Source of the DNA: Candidatus Bathyarchaeota archaeon
GTDB lineage: Archaea; Thermoproteota; Bathyarchaeia; Bathyarchaeales; Bathycorpusculaceae
Direction of reading: 5' to 3'
Assembly (NCBI GenBank): GCA_963782525.1
Contig: CAWAKC010000003.1
Location: 160,001-224,000, forward strand
DNA length: 64,000 nt
Shown here: in pieces, positions 19,164 through 29,594 of the stretch
How the letters are laid out: the number at the start of each line of letters is the position of its first letter
How positions within the stretch are numbered: the first letter of the stretch is position 1
The notes under the pieces: model-generated
The model's input: the letters and a program-made list of their open reading frames with translations, nothing else
Told to the model about the DNA's origin: nothing
The model's database searches: none
Made by a program: the position numbers and the translations under genes

Positions 19164-19514
19164 TTACGTGTATTCCCTGAACGTGTGTCCGCATTTTGTA
19201 CATCGCATAAACTGAGTTGATGCTTCGTCGCCGCCCCGAGTTTGCACCTGCCAAACATAAACTTCGTTATTCTCACATTTTTCGCATTTCATCTTTATGG
19301 TTTGCATGGTCTTTATGTTGGCATCTTCTTCTGAAATGATGGTCATGAACGGTTTAGGCTTAGGTTGTATGACTGCGCCTGTTCTTGCTTCAGCTTTTTT
19401 ATCGTTCGGCTGCTTTGTGTAGCCACATTTTTGGCAGGACAAAATAAACGCGTTACTGCCATCTCCGGTTCGTTTAGGTTCAAGACGGCACCCGCATGTT
19501 GGACAAAACTCCAT
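19164..19514 (-). CDS. tfs: Transcription factor S (TFS/RpoM-like)
   Basis: Two Zn ribbons; QTRGGDEASTQFMRCTKC with the catalytic DE. Confidence 0.95.
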   Translation of the reverse strand: MEFCPTCGCRLEPKRTGDGSNAFILSCQKCGYTKQPNDKKAEARTGAVIQPKPKPFMTIISEEDANIKTMQTIKMKCEKCENNEVYVWQVQTRGGDEASTQFMRCTKCGHTFREYT

Positions 19515-19656
19515 TGAACAGAATTCCCCACTTTAACGATCATAATGATATGCAAGAAGATATAAGGCTTATTTTATTAGTTCATGAAAATTTTGGAGAA
19601 TTAAAGTAACAAACTTTAACTATGGTTCCCAAGCCAATCGTCTTTAGGTTACAGAA

Positions 19657-20307
19657 ATGCCTGAATATAACAACCAACAAAGTGAATGGCTAACAATCGA
19701 ACATGCACTATCATATTTGGCGAGGGCAGATAAGCTGCCACATCGGACAGAAGGCGAAAAAGCGCTGCTTGAGCAAATTCCTGTTAGTGCTAAAAAAGTT
19801 TTGGATTTAGGAACAGGCGATGGAAGACTGCTTGCGCTTGTGAAATTGAATAGTCCATCGGTTGAAGGTGTAGCCTTAGATTTTTCTGACCCGATGATTG
19901 AGCAAGCGAAGAAACGTTTCGCAAACGACAAACACGTAACCATTGTTAAGCATGACTTTAGCCTGCCGCTTCCCGCAGAACAATTGGGCAAATTTGACGC
20001 CGTAGTCTCCAGCTTAGCAATCCATCATCTAACGCACCCAAGAAAAAAACAGCTCTATACGGAGATATTCCATCTTCTGAATCCTAAAGGTGTCTTCTGC
20101 AACCTCGAACACGTTTCATCCCCAACTGATAACCTGCATGCGAAATTCTTAGAAGCTATTCATTGGACTCGTGAAAGCGAGGACCCTTCGAATAAGCTAT
20201 TAGATGTGGAAACTCAATTGCAGTGGCTTAGGCAAATCGGGTTTTTTGACGTGGATTGCAACTGGAAATGGCTTGAATTAGCGCTTTTAGCGGGTTTTAA
20301 GCCCTAA
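19657..20307 (+). CDS. Class I SAM-dependent methyltransferase
   Basis: VLDLGTGDG; FDAVVSSLAIHHL. Confidence 0.9.
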   Translation: MPEYNNQQSEWLTIEHALSYLARADKLPHRTEGEKALLEQIPVSAKKVLDLGTGDGRLLALVKLNSPSVEGVALDFSDPMIEQAKKRFANDKHVTIVKHDFSLPLPAEQLGKFDAVVSSLAIHHLTHPRKKQLYTEIFHLLNPKGVFCNLEHVSSPTDNLHAKFLEAIHWTRESEDPSNKLLDVETQLQWLRQIGFFDVDCNWKWLELALLAGFKP

Positions 20308-20378
20308 ATTTTTTCCTAGTTAAGCAAGCGACAGAAAGATATTAATAACAAACGCTCACACTGAAATAATAGGAGTTT

Positions 20379-20858
20379 TTGATTAAATTGACAACAGAAA
20401 TTGAGCAGATAAACTGGATGCACTGGATCTACCGCTTAATCGCGCTTATCATTGATAGCATTATTACCGGAATAATTGGCGGCATAATATTCACGATATT
20501 GGGAGTCGTAGCATGGTGGGGCGCAGCGCTTCTGTTTCCGTTCATATATGGAATAATCCTTGTTATTTACAGCGCCATCTTGGAAGCTTCATGGAATGGA
20601 ATGACAATAGGCAAAAAGCTACTCGGAATGCAAGTTCAAACAACAAATGGCGGAAAATTGGCTTTCGACAAAGCGTTCATCCGTAACGTAAGCAAAATTT
20701 ACTGGCTATTGCTGCTCTTGGATTGGCTAGTGGGAATCGTAACCCCTGGGAACAAGATGCAGAAATACACCGATCGCATGGCAGGAACAGTTGTTGTTCA
20801 AACAAAGCAAGTGTTCGCAACACCCCCGTCTCCACCACCCCCGCCACCACCAACATAA
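20379..20858 (+). CDS. RDD-family membrane protein
   Basis: RLIALIID...TIGKKLLG...DRMAGTVVV; Pro-rich tail. Confidence 0.9.
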   Translation: MIKLTTEIEQINWMHWIYRLIALIIDSIITGIIGGIIFTILGVVAWWGAALLFPFIYGIILVIYSAILEASWNGMTIGKKLLGMQVQTTNGGKLAFDKAFIRNVSKIYWLLLLLDWLVGIVTPGNKMQKYTDRMAGTVVVQTKQVFATPPSPPPPPPPT

Positions 20859-20901
20859 AACAAAAATTTCTTTATTTTTTTCTTTTTTATTAAAAAAAAA
20901 A

Positions 20902-21243
20902 TTAATGCTCTCTAATTGCTCTTAAATCTTCTATCCACTTCTTGAAAGAACTTTCACTTAGGCCCCTTCCTAATTGTGCGTCAAGCCTCTTGCAAGCCTT
21001 GCCGTCCTCAAAATAAATAATCGTTGGCACGGCGGGGACATCGTAGTCATCCCATAACTTGTTATCATAGTCGTCGAGGAGAATATGGATGACACTTTCA
21101 AAACCCATTTTCACAACTGTTTTATCAAAGGTTGGAACAAATCCCACACAGAAGGGACACCATGAAGCGTAGAACAATGCAAGGACCTTTTTGTTTTTCT
21201 TCAGTTCCAAATCTAGGTCTTGCTTGGTGTATATTTTGTTCAT
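20902..21243 (-). CDS. Thioredoxin-family protein
   Basis: FYASWCPFC and cis-Pro AVPT. Confidence 0.9.
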   Translation of the reverse strand: MNKIYTKQDLDLELKKNKKVLALFYASWCPFCVGFVPTFDKTVVKMGFESVIHILLDDYDNKLWDDYDVPAVPTIIYFEDGKACKRLDAQLGRGLSESSFKKWIEDLRAIREH

Positions 21244-21363
21244 GGATTAGGAACGGGTTTTGGGTTTGATAAACATGTCGTTTCGAGTAGTGCTTTTATG
21301 CAACTTGATAAAGTAAGCAACAACTAAAATAACCAAAGCTGCACAAATGAATAGCGAACAAGA

Positions 21364-22086
21364 ATGAAACCTAAAAACTACAAACGCGGCTACCCTGTCG
21401 CAGTCCTCATTGGAATGGAAGCGGACCGCGCAGCGCTCTGGCACATTTATAGCCAAGTCGCCAAACCCCAACAAACCATACCCTTAAACAGCGACCGCAA
21501 AGACCAAAAAGTACTCTACAGCTTTCATGAAACTATCGTAAACGCCCTAAGACCTGTGCTAAAAGAAGGCGTTAGAAGTGTAATAGTTGCTTCGCCGCCT
21601 AGAACTAGCTATGCATTGGACTTTTTGTTCCACATAAAAACCCATCATTCATGGCTTTCGCAGGGAACAAACAAAGCCTCCATCTCCCAGATAACAGGTT
21701 CCGGAAGCACACCTCCGCAAGTAGCTGCCTTGACAAAGACCTCCGCTTTCAAAAAGTTAATTCAGGAAAATGCAGCGGAAGAAACTGAGAACCTGCTCGA
21801 AATTCTCGAAAAACGCCTAAACAGAACCGACAACCTCGTGCTTTTTTCCCTCCAGGAAGCGGAAAACCTCATCTTATTCCCTCAAGCGATAGGGAAACCT
21901 CAACCAGAATACCTTCTGCTGACAAATGATTACCTAAACGGTAGCCGCCAGAAAAACCGAGTAAATCGTCTCATGCAGATTGCCGCTAAGAATGGCGTTA
22001 AAACACGTGTCATTGATGCTGAATCGAATGCTGGCAAACGCCTCACGCAACTAGGCGGGATTGTTTGTTTAGCGAAGCTCGATTAG
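21364..22086 (+). CDS. Pelota/aRF1-like protein containing only the middle and C-terminal domains
   Basis: VIVASP and ESNAGKRLTQLGGIVCL resemble the eRF1_2/eRF1_3 domains; N-domain absent. Confidence 0.65.
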   Translation: MKPKNYKRGYPVAVLIGMEADRAALWHIYSQVAKPQQTIPLNSDRKDQKVLYSFHETIVNALRPVLKEGVRSVIVASPPRTSYALDFLFHIKTHHSWLSQGTNKASISQITGSGSTPPQVAALTKTSAFKKLIQENAAEETENLLEILEKRLNRTDNLVLFSLQEAENLILFPQAIGKPQPEYLLLTNDYLNGSRQKNRVNRLMQIAAKNGVKTRVIDAESNAGKRLTQLGGIVCLAKLD

Positions 22087-22871
22087 AGGAATTCTTCTCG
22101 TTTTAACTGTGCAATGGTTATTTTGCCAGCATGCAAGGCAGTGGCAATTAGTACGCCTGATACGCCAAGGTTTCTTAATTCAACCAAGTCGTTTATGTTT
22201 CGGACGCCGCCGCCGACAAACAAGTCGACACCAACCGCAGCGATTACTTCCTTGAGGAAATCTATGTTTACTCCCTCGTCGTTGCCAACGCGAGCTAAAT
22301 CCAACACAATAACCTGTGAAACACCCATCTGCTTAAAATCTTTCAAGAGGCAAATGGGGTTTAGGCAGCCGTCGAACCCTAATTTAACGAGGATTTTGTC
22401 GCCTTTCAAATCTAAACTGAGAACAACACGGTCGCTTCCAAAAACATCTACGGCTTGCTCAACAAATTTTTTGCTCTGCAAGGTTTCCGTTCCAATTATT
22501 AACTTAGAAACGCCATTGTCGAGCAATTTTTGGGCTCTTTCGATGTTTGTTATGCCTACATCAACCATTAGTTTAATTCCTGTTTTTTCTGCGATGTTTC
22601 CAATGGGTTGAAAACTGGTGGAACAGTCAATTATGGCATCCAAATCTGCAACATACAATTCTGAGAATCCAAGGTTTTTGAAGGCTTGGGCGACATCTTC
22701 GGGCGCAGTAGACTTTGTGAGGACGCTTTGGAGCGGTTGGTATTCTTTCCTTTTGCCTCTTATCGCATGCACAACTCTGCCATTTAAAATGTCTATGACT
22801 GGTATAACCTTCAAGACGTGGGCACCTTTAGGAATTGTCTCCAACCGTATAGAAAAACCTAACCGTTTCAA
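22083..22871 (-). CDS. HisA/HisF-related TIM barrel linked to methanofuran/H4MPT C1 clusters
   Basis: VIPVIDILNGRVVHA, LYVADLDAI, VGGGVR; probable TTG start at 22814. Confidence 0.85.
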   Translation of the reverse strand: MKRLGFSIRLETIPKGAHVLKVIPVIDILNGRVVHAIRGKRKEYQPLQSVLTKSTAPEDVAQAFKNLGFSELYVADLDAIIDCSTSFQPIGNIAEKTGIKLMVDVGITNIERAQKLLDNGVSKLIIGTETLQSKKFVEQAVDVFGSDRVVLSLDLKGDKILVKLGFDGCLNPICLLKDFKQMGVSQVIVLDLARVGNDEGVNIDFLKEVIAAVGVDLFVGGGVRNINDLVELRNLGVSGVLIATALHAGKITIAQLKREEFL

Positions 22872-23005
22872 GTCTTTAAAAGGTCGTATTGGCGTTTTTT
22901 TTTATGTCCTAAGATGTTAAAAAAATACACTGACCATTAAGAAACCCAGCCAACTTTACAGGAAAACTTTAAAGGCATCAAAAAAGGGCATCAATATGAA
23001 ACAAC

Positions 23006-23734
23006 TTGAAGCTGCTTATAAGTCCAATGAATGAAAAAGAAGCCCGAGAAGCCATCGCAGGGGGAGCAGACATAATCGATGTAAAAAACCCGGCTGAGGG
23101 TGCTTTGGGCGCAAATTATCCTTGGGTTATAAGGCGAATTAGAGAAATAACACCAAAAAACCTCGAGGTTAGCTGCACAATCGGCGAAGTTGGAAACCAT
23201 CCAGGTGCAGTTTCGCTTGCGGCACTTGGCGCAGCATCATTAGGGGTTGACTACATCAAGGTAGGGCTTAAGGGAATTAAAACGGCAGAGACAGCAATTT
23301 TTCTGTTGCAAAACGTCTGCAAAGCTGCCAAAGAATGCAATCCAAAAATCAAAATCGCTGTTGCAGGCTATGCCGATGCAGAAAAAATCTGCGTAATCAA
23401 CCCCTTGTTAATTCCTGAAATTGCATATAAATCCCAGGTGGATGTTGCAATGCTTGACACATCCATTAAAGATGGTAAAACCTTATTCAACCATTTAACT
23501 GTTGAGCAACTAGAAAAATTTGTTTATTCCACGCACAGCTTCGGCTTAGAGGCTGCTTTGGCTGGTTCACTTAGAAAACAGGATTTACCCATTGTTTACG
23601 GTTTAGGCGCTGACATTGCAGGGTTACGCGGGGCTGCATGCACTAACAGCAATCGGGTGACGGGGCAAATTACCAGAAAATTGGTAGCTGACTTGGTTGA
23701 GGTTGTTAGGCAAACTGGTTCTAAGAGGGCTTAG
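23006..23734 (+). CDS. mfnB: (5-formylfuran-3-yl)methyl phosphate synthase
   Basis: LLISP...GADIIDVKNPAEGALGA, DYIKVG, MLDT, ALAGSL, GLRGAAC. Confidence 0.93.
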   Translation: MKLLISPMNEKEAREAIAGGADIIDVKNPAEGALGANYPWVIRRIREITPKNLEVSCTIGEVGNHPGAVSLAALGAASLGVDYIKVGLKGIKTAETAIFLLQNVCKAAKECNPKIKIAVAGYADAEKICVINPLLIPEIAYKSQVDVAMLDTSIKDGKTLFNHLTVEQLEKFVYSTHSFGLEAALAGSLRKQDLPIVYGLGADIAGLRGAACTNSNRVTGQITRKLVADLVEVVRQTGSKRA

Positions 23735-23736
23735 TT

Positions 23737-24873
23737 TTGCGGCCTAAAGGCTTACCTCAAAAAACCATTTTGGATGAACTCAAGAGAATTCGCGCCTTAA
23801 ATCAAAACTATACTGATGGCAAAATTCTGTGTTCCATGTGTACCAAACCGCATCCAATCGCAGAAAAGGTCTACCGAATGTTTTTTGAATCAAATTTAGG
23901 TGATTCGGGGCTTTTTCCTGGAAGTGTTCAAATAGAGAAAGAAGTTATGCAAGAACTTGCTGCACTTCTTCACGGAGACCGTGCAGTGGGTTTTTTGGTT
24001 TCAGGCGGAACCGAAGCAAACCTTATGGCAATGCTTTTGGCAAGAAATTTGGCCAAAGTCAATAAGCCCGAAGTGGTCCTTCCTGAGTCAGCACATTTCT
24101 CTTTCACAAAAATCTGCAACATGCTAAACCTCAAGCCAATATATGCCAGTTTAGACAGCTCTTTTAGGGTTAATCCGTCAGAAGTTGAAAATCTCATAAA
24201 CAAGAACACGGTCGCTATCGTTGGTACGGCGGGAACTGCGGAATTAGGCGTAGTTGACTCAATAGATCAACTTTCAGAAATTGCGTTGCGGCGAGGGGTT
24301 TATTTGCATGTTGATGCAGCGTTTGGCGGCTTAGTAATCCCTTTTCTAAAAAATACTCAACCCATATTTGACTTTAGCTTAGAAGGCGTAAAATCAATCA
24401 CAGTTGATCCTCACAAGATGGGCATGGCGGCAATTCCATCCGGCGGAATCCTTTTCAAAGAAGCTAAAATGCTTGATTACCTCAAAACAGAAACGCCCTA
24501 CTTAACCGACAAAACTCAATTCACAATTGTTGGAACAAGAACCGGAGCTTCGGCTGCTTCTGTGTGGGCTGTTTTAAAAACGTTGGGTCGAGACGGTTAC
24601 GTGAGAGTAGTTGGCGAATGCATGAAAAACACAAAATTGCTTGCCAACGGCATAGAAAAAGCCGGTTTTAAACTAGTCGTCGAGCCAACTTTGAATCTGG
24701 TTGCCTTCCGTGACGACAATATTAAGGGGTTAGCCGAGAATTTGCGGCGGCGGGGCTGGTTTGTCTCTTACGTTCCACGGTACGATTGTATAAGAATCGT
24801 TGTTATGCCACACGTTAAAAAGCGGCATATTGCAGCTTTTTTGAGTGAATTAGGTCAGATAGAAAAGCTTTAA
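23737..24873 (+). CDS. mfnA: L-tyrosine/aspartate decarboxylase (PLP)
   Basis: SMCTKPHP, SGGTEAN, HVDAAFGG, DPHK. Confidence 0.95.
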   Translation: MRPKGLPQKTILDELKRIRALNQNYTDGKILCSMCTKPHPIAEKVYRMFFESNLGDSGLFPGSVQIEKEVMQELAALLHGDRAVGFLVSGGTEANLMAMLLARNLAKVNKPEVVLPESAHFSFTKICNMLNLKPIYASLDSSFRVNPSEVENLINKNTVAIVGTAGTAELGVVDSIDQLSEIALRRGVYLHVDAAFGGLVIPFLKNTQPIFDFSLEGVKSITVDPHKMGMAAIPSGGILFKEAKMLDYLKTETPYLTDKTQFTIVGTRTGASAASVWAVLKTLGRDGYVRVVGECMKNTKLLANGIEKAGFKLVVEPTLNLVAFRDDNIKGLAENLRRRGWFVSYVPRYDCIRIVVMPHVKKRHIAAFLSELGQIEKL

Positions 24874-24915
24874 GCCATCCTTCACATAGCAAAAACGACT
24901 CTCGAAGGGCATTAC

Positions 24916-26139
24916 ATGAAGATTATTGTTTACGAACATGTTTCAGGTGGCGGATACGCAAAGCAGCCTATTCCAACAAGCGTTTTAGCTGAAGGTTTTG
25001 GAATGCTACGAGAGATTGTGGCTGATTTTGCGGCGGCGGGGCATGAAGTTACGGTTTTACTGGACGCAAGAATAGCAAAACTTCATCCTCCATTAGAAGT
25101 ATTCTGCATATTACCCATCTACTTAAGCAAAGAATCAGAAAGATTTCTCAAAAACATTGCTCCAATCAACGACGCAACCTACATCATTGCACCTGAAACG
25201 GGGCAAACTCTTCAGTCGCTGGTTGGCCTTGCAGAGCAAACTGGCAAGATTTCGCTTAACTGCGAATCAAAAGTCATCAAAACTGTTGCCAACAAAGCTG
25301 CTCTCTACGAGGATTTGCAGAAAAAAGGTTTTCGAACACCAAAAACATTGGTTCTAAATAGCTCTAACAGTTTAGCGCAGGTTAAGCAAGCCATTAAACG
25401 TGAATTTAGTTATCCCATTATCCTCAAACCTATGGATGGAGTAGGATGTGCCGGATTAAGTATCGTCAAAGAAGACGCCCAGGTTAAGGTGGCTGTCAAA
25501 AAAGTAAAAGCTGGATTTAGGGTGACACATTTTGTGGTTCAGCAGTTCATCGAGGGAGAACCCGCAAGCGTAAGCCTTCTTTGTAAAGGTAAAAAGGCTT
25601 TGGCGATAAGTTTAAACCGGCAAAGCATAACCCTTGCCGAACCCAACGAAACCTCATCCTACGACGGCGGCTGTGTGCCCTTCAGTCATCCCCTAAAGCA
25701 AGAAGCCATGTCTTTGGCTGAAAAAGTGGTTGAGTCGTTTTCGGGTTTGCGAGGGTATGTTGGTGTTGACTTGGTTTTAGCAACGGATGGGCCTTACGTT
25801 GTTGATGTTAATCCAAGATTAACAACGTCTTACGTTGGATTGAGCAAAGTTGCCAACTTCAACGTTGCTGAAGCGTTAATTAACTCCGTTATCAACGGTC
25901 AATTGCCGTTTAAACCTGAAAATCGATGCTTTGCCTGTTTCTCAAAAGTCGAAACACCCACTCCATCGATCATCACTTTCCAAAAAGCCACGCAATCAAG
26001 CAACATTATTTCGCCGCCCTTTCCATTAGATGAAAAAACCAAATTGTATTCCCTTGTCATCGGCGAAGGCGAGAGCTTGGATAAAGCTCTGCGTGATTTA
26101 GAAGAAGCTAAAAAGAACTTGCTTAACAATATCACTTGA
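24916..26139 (+). CDS. mfnD: ATP-grasp tyramine-glutamate ligase
   Basis: AEGFGML, IIAPET, KPMDGVG, GYVGVD, DVNPRLTTSY; operon context. Confidence 0.88.
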   Translation: MKIIVYEHVSGGGYAKQPIPTSVLAEGFGMLREIVADFAAAGHEVTVLLDARIAKLHPPLEVFCILPIYLSKESERFLKNIAPINDATYIIAPETGQTLQSLVGLAEQTGKISLNCESKVIKTVANKAALYEDLQKKGFRTPKTLVLNSSNSLAQVKQAIKREFSYPIILKPMDGVGCAGLSIVKEDAQVKVAVKKVKAGFRVTHFVVQQFIEGEPASVSLLCKGKKALAISLNRQSITLAEPNETSSYDGGCVPFSHPLKQEAMSLAEKVVESFSGLRGYVGVDLVLATDGPYVVDVNPRLTTSYVGLSKVANFNVAEALINSVINGQLPFKPENRCFACFSKVETPTPSIITFQKATQSSNIISPPFPLDEKTKLYSLVIGEGESLDKALRDLEEAKKNLLNNIT

Positions 26140-27211
26140 GGAAAAACAGTTTGGTTGATGTGGTAGGCTACGATGTTGGAGGCGCTAACACAAAAGCCGC
26201 ATTCGTCACTGTTAAGTCAGGTGAACTACTGAATGCTGAGGGGGCAGTTGAGTATTTTCCAGTTTGGAAGCACCCCGAAAAACTGGTTGATGTCCTTTTA
26301 GCTCTAAAAGAACGGTTGGGCACGGGTAGACTTGACGGTGTAGGTTTAACAATGACTGCTGAATTATCCGATGCTTACCAAACCAAACGGGAAGGCGTTT
26401 ACCACATTTTAGACTGCGTTAAGAAAGCCCTTCCTGAGGTGCCCATTTACGTTTTGAACACCGACGCTAAAATGGAACCATTAGAAATTGCCAAACAGTT
26501 GCCGCTGGGAGTTGCCGCGGCTAATTGGGCAGCAACGGGCTGGATAGTATCTAAACACTTCAAGGATTGTGTCATAGTTGATGTAGGGAGCACCAGTACT
26601 AGCATAATTCCCATCCTAAACGGCAAGGTTGTAGCGCGTGGCAAAAAAGACTTAGACAAACTCATATGTGGAGAACTCGTTTATACGGGCAGTTTACGAA
26701 CGAACGTTGCTGCAATCGTGCAATCCATACCCACCTCAAAAGGAGTTGCAACGGTAGCTTCTGAACTTTTTGCTTTATCAGGTGACGTTCACCTTGCGTT
26801 AGGAAATATTACTGAGAAAGAATTTACTTCTGAAACCGCTGATAGAAGAGGAAAAAGTCTGCCTGAAGCCTATGCCCGGCTTGCTAGGGTAATTTGCGCT
26901 GATTCAGAAATGTTAACCTCCAGGAAATTTTGGATATTGCCCAATACATCTATGGTAAACAACTTTTGCAAGTTGAAGAAGGCTTATCCAAAGTTTACGC
27001 TTATACGAAAACGTTGGTTTCAGGTAAAGTGCCTGTGGTGGTTACTGGACTTGGAAAAAACTTTATTGCTAAAAAAGCAGCAATGAACCTTTGCGTAGAT
27101 TCAATTATCGATTTGAGCACTTTATTGCCAAAGAATGCTGTTTTCGCTACTCCAGCTTTCGGTGTAGCTCTGATGGTTGCAGATCTGCTTGAGGGAGAAA
27201 GCCACAAATGA
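26136..27211 (+). CDS. mfnF: MfnF (hydantoinase A-like) methanofuran biosynthesis protein, split by a 1-nt frameshift near 26920
   Basis: YDVGGANTK, TMTAELSD, AAANW, DVGSTST; C-terminus continues in ORF 26930..27211. Confidence 0.85.
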
Positions 27212-27876
27212 ACGCTACAGTTCTAAAGGTGGGCGGTAGCTTGGCATTGTATCCTGAAAAGCTCAAAGCCTTATGCACAGGACTAAGCTTATCCTCGAAG
27301 AAGCACAGGTTGATTGTTGTTCCTGGCGGCGGCGAATTTGCAGATGTCGCCAGAAGTTTAGACAAACGTTTTTCCTTATCTTGTAACGCATCACATAAGA
27401 TGGCGATTTTAGGCATGGATCAATATGGTTTATTGCTTTCTGATTTGATTCCGAATTCGGTTGCGGTTAGTAAGCTGGACGAAATTGACTATTTCTTGGG
27501 GATGGGAAAGTTGCCTGTTATTTTGCCTTCGAATCTGATGCTTGGCGAGGATCCGTTAGAAAATTCTTGGGATGTAACTTCAGACTCCATAACCGTATAC
27601 CTTGCAAACAGATTTAATTTTTCGAAGGTGCTTCTAATTACTGATGTTGACGGAATCTATACAGATGACCCAAAAAAGCATCCAGAAGCCAAATTAATTG
27701 CACAAATAACTGCTCGAGAACTTTTAAGACTAAAGATTCGGACAAGCGTTGACAAAGCTTTGCCTAAATTGCTTTTGGTCTCGCCTGTTGATTGTTTTGT
27801 TGTTAACGGGTTGTTTCCTGAGCGGGTGAAGGCAATTTTGGAAAATAAAATTACCGTTTGCACGGTAATTGATTAG
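27208..27876 (+). CDS. mfnE: Amino-acid-kinase-family MfnE
   Basis: KVGGSL, PGGGEFAD, SWDVTSDS, TDVDGIY; operon context. Confidence 0.85.
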   Translation: MNATVLKVGGSLALYPEKLKALCTGLSLSSKKHRLIVVPGGGEFADVARSLDKRFSLSCNASHKMAILGMDQYGLLLSDLIPNSVAVSKLDEIDYFLGMGKLPVILPSNLMLGEDPLENSWDVTSDSITVYLANRFNFSKVLLITDVDGIYTDDPKKHPEAKLIAQITARELLRLKIRTSVDKALPKLLLVSPVDCFVVNGLFPERVKAILENKITVCTVID

Positions 27877-27991
27877 TTTATTTTGACCGCTTCTATTAGT
27901 AACCTGAGGCCACCGATTCAAAACTTACTGAGATGCAGTTTTGTAGAACATCGTATGAAATAAAAAATAGAAAAAAGGAAATGGAAGAATT

Positions 27992-28156
27992 TTAGATTTT
28001 CTTTTTATCTAAGACTTCGCGGAAAGTCTTACCGCAGCAGTCATAGAGAGCTATGGTAAGTTGTGTCCGTTTGCCTTTTTTGTCTGGTTTTCCAGCCATC
28101 TTCCAGGTTTTCTTTGCGGTTTTAACTTCTTTTCCACATGTGGGGCATTTTGCCAT
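27992..28156 (-). CDS. Cren7-like small chromatin protein, Zn-ribbon type (missed by ORF track)
   Basis: MAKCPTCGKEVKTAKKTWKMAGKPDKKGKRTQLTIALYDCCGKTFREVLDKKKI; resembles the Cren7 W...IGLF...GKxFR pattern. Confidence 0.75.
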   Translation of the reverse strand: MAKCPTCGKEVKTAKKTWKMAGKPDKKGKRTQLTIALYDCCGKTFREVLDKKKI

Positions 28157-28363
28157 GGTTATTCCTCTGGTGTGAACGTATCATATGTATGTATTTAAAA
28201 CACTTTCTATCGCTTGCTTGTTAAATGAGTAAATTAGGGGTTTTTTGAAGTAAAATCATGTTGAATTTACTATTTTTCATGAGAAAAAGTGAGGTCTAAC
28301 GGGCGATTTGCGGTGGGCACGAGAGAAGTATTAAGCCAAGAACAACAGTTAATTTGAGTTTGA

Positions 28364-28950
28364 ATGAGGATTGTTGGATTAGATCTGGCAGGAGTTGAAA
28401 AGAGACCAACAGGATTTTGTATACTCAGGGGTATGCATGCGGAAACACGCTTAGTTTACACTGACACGGAAATCCTCCAAAAAACAGTTGAAGCTAAGCC
28501 AAAAATAGTTGCCATCGATGCACCCCACCCCTATGTTTGCCGCCTGGAAGAAAATCGATCGACGAGCGAACAAACATTCACCTCAGAGATTGCGACCGCG
28601 AACTGTTGAAAATGGACATAAAACTATTTCTTATTACGCGGGGTCCCATGAGAAAACTAACTGTTCGAGGTATAAGTTTGAAGTGTGTTCTTGAAACTCA
28701 AAAGTTTACAGTGCTTGAGGCTTATCCAGGTGGCGCTCAAGACGTTTTAGGCATTCCAAGAAAGCAAAAAGGGCTTGAAAAACTAAAAGTAGGCTTAGAA
28801 AAGTTGGGCATCATTGGTTTGAAAAATCAAATGAGGGACCCTAGCTTGATGCTGTAACTTGTGCTTATGGTGGAAAATTTTTTTGGAGGGACAAGCCGTG
28901 GCTTATGGGGGCTCCAAATCAATGTATTATTCTGCCAAAAGGGGATTTTA
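28364..28950 (+). pseudogene. DUF429-family (RNase H-like) protein, frameshifted
   Basis: IVGLDLAG, AIDAP, LRDCDREL, LEAYPGG, LDAVTCA across three frames. Confidence 0.75.
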
Positions 28951-28980
28951 AAAAGAAGAAATAAAGGGCTGTTATTTGAG

Positions 28981-29526
28981 TCATTTTAGGATGACTGGTT
29001 TGTTTCGTTTTCCTGCGCCCTGCTTAGTCTTAGGATGCCCCATGATAAAGGGAACCATCATTTTGCAGTTTTCGGGGACTCCGACTTTCTTTAGTGCCTC
29101 AGGATTGTTGTTTAGAAAGTTAACGAAACCCATGTAGCATGTTCCAAGCCCCAGTTCATATGCTTTGAGAAACATGTTCTGTGCCGCTAGGACGCTGTCG
29201 AGTAAATTCAAGTTGTCCCATTGGTCATCTTTTTCACTACATACCAGTATAAGCACGGGTGCATTGTAACAGATTATGTCGGCTTCTGTAGTGAATTGTT
29301 TGGCTAATGGCGGCATCATTTGCTGGATCAAAACCTTGGTTTCATCTGAGACATACTTGATTAGTTTTTTGTCTTCGATAACTATGAATTTCCAAGGCTC
29401 CCTATGCATCCCCGTAGGTGCCCATGTACCTGCCTCAAGGACCGCTTCAATTTGCTCTATCGAAACGGGTTCTTGCGTGTAGGTTCTTACGCTTCTTCTA
29501 CCTTTAATGCAAACATCTAATTCCAT
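28981..29526 (-). CDS. Nitroreductase-family protein
   Basis: RRSVRTY, APTGMHREPWKF, AYELGLGTC. Confidence 0.92.
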   Translation of the reverse strand: MELDVCIKGRRSVRTYTQEPVSIEQIEAVLEAGTWAPTGMHREPWKFIVIEDKKLIKYVSDETKVLIQQMMPPLAKQFTTEADIICYNAPVLILVCSEKDDQWDNLNLLDSVLAAQNMFLKAYELGLGTCYMGFVNFLNNNPEALKKVGVPENCKMMVPFIMGHPKTKQGAGKRNKPVILK

Positions 29527-29594
29527 AACTAAACATCAGAAATTACCAACACTAAATCAGGTAATAAACTGATTGCTTGAGAAACCCGAATCCG

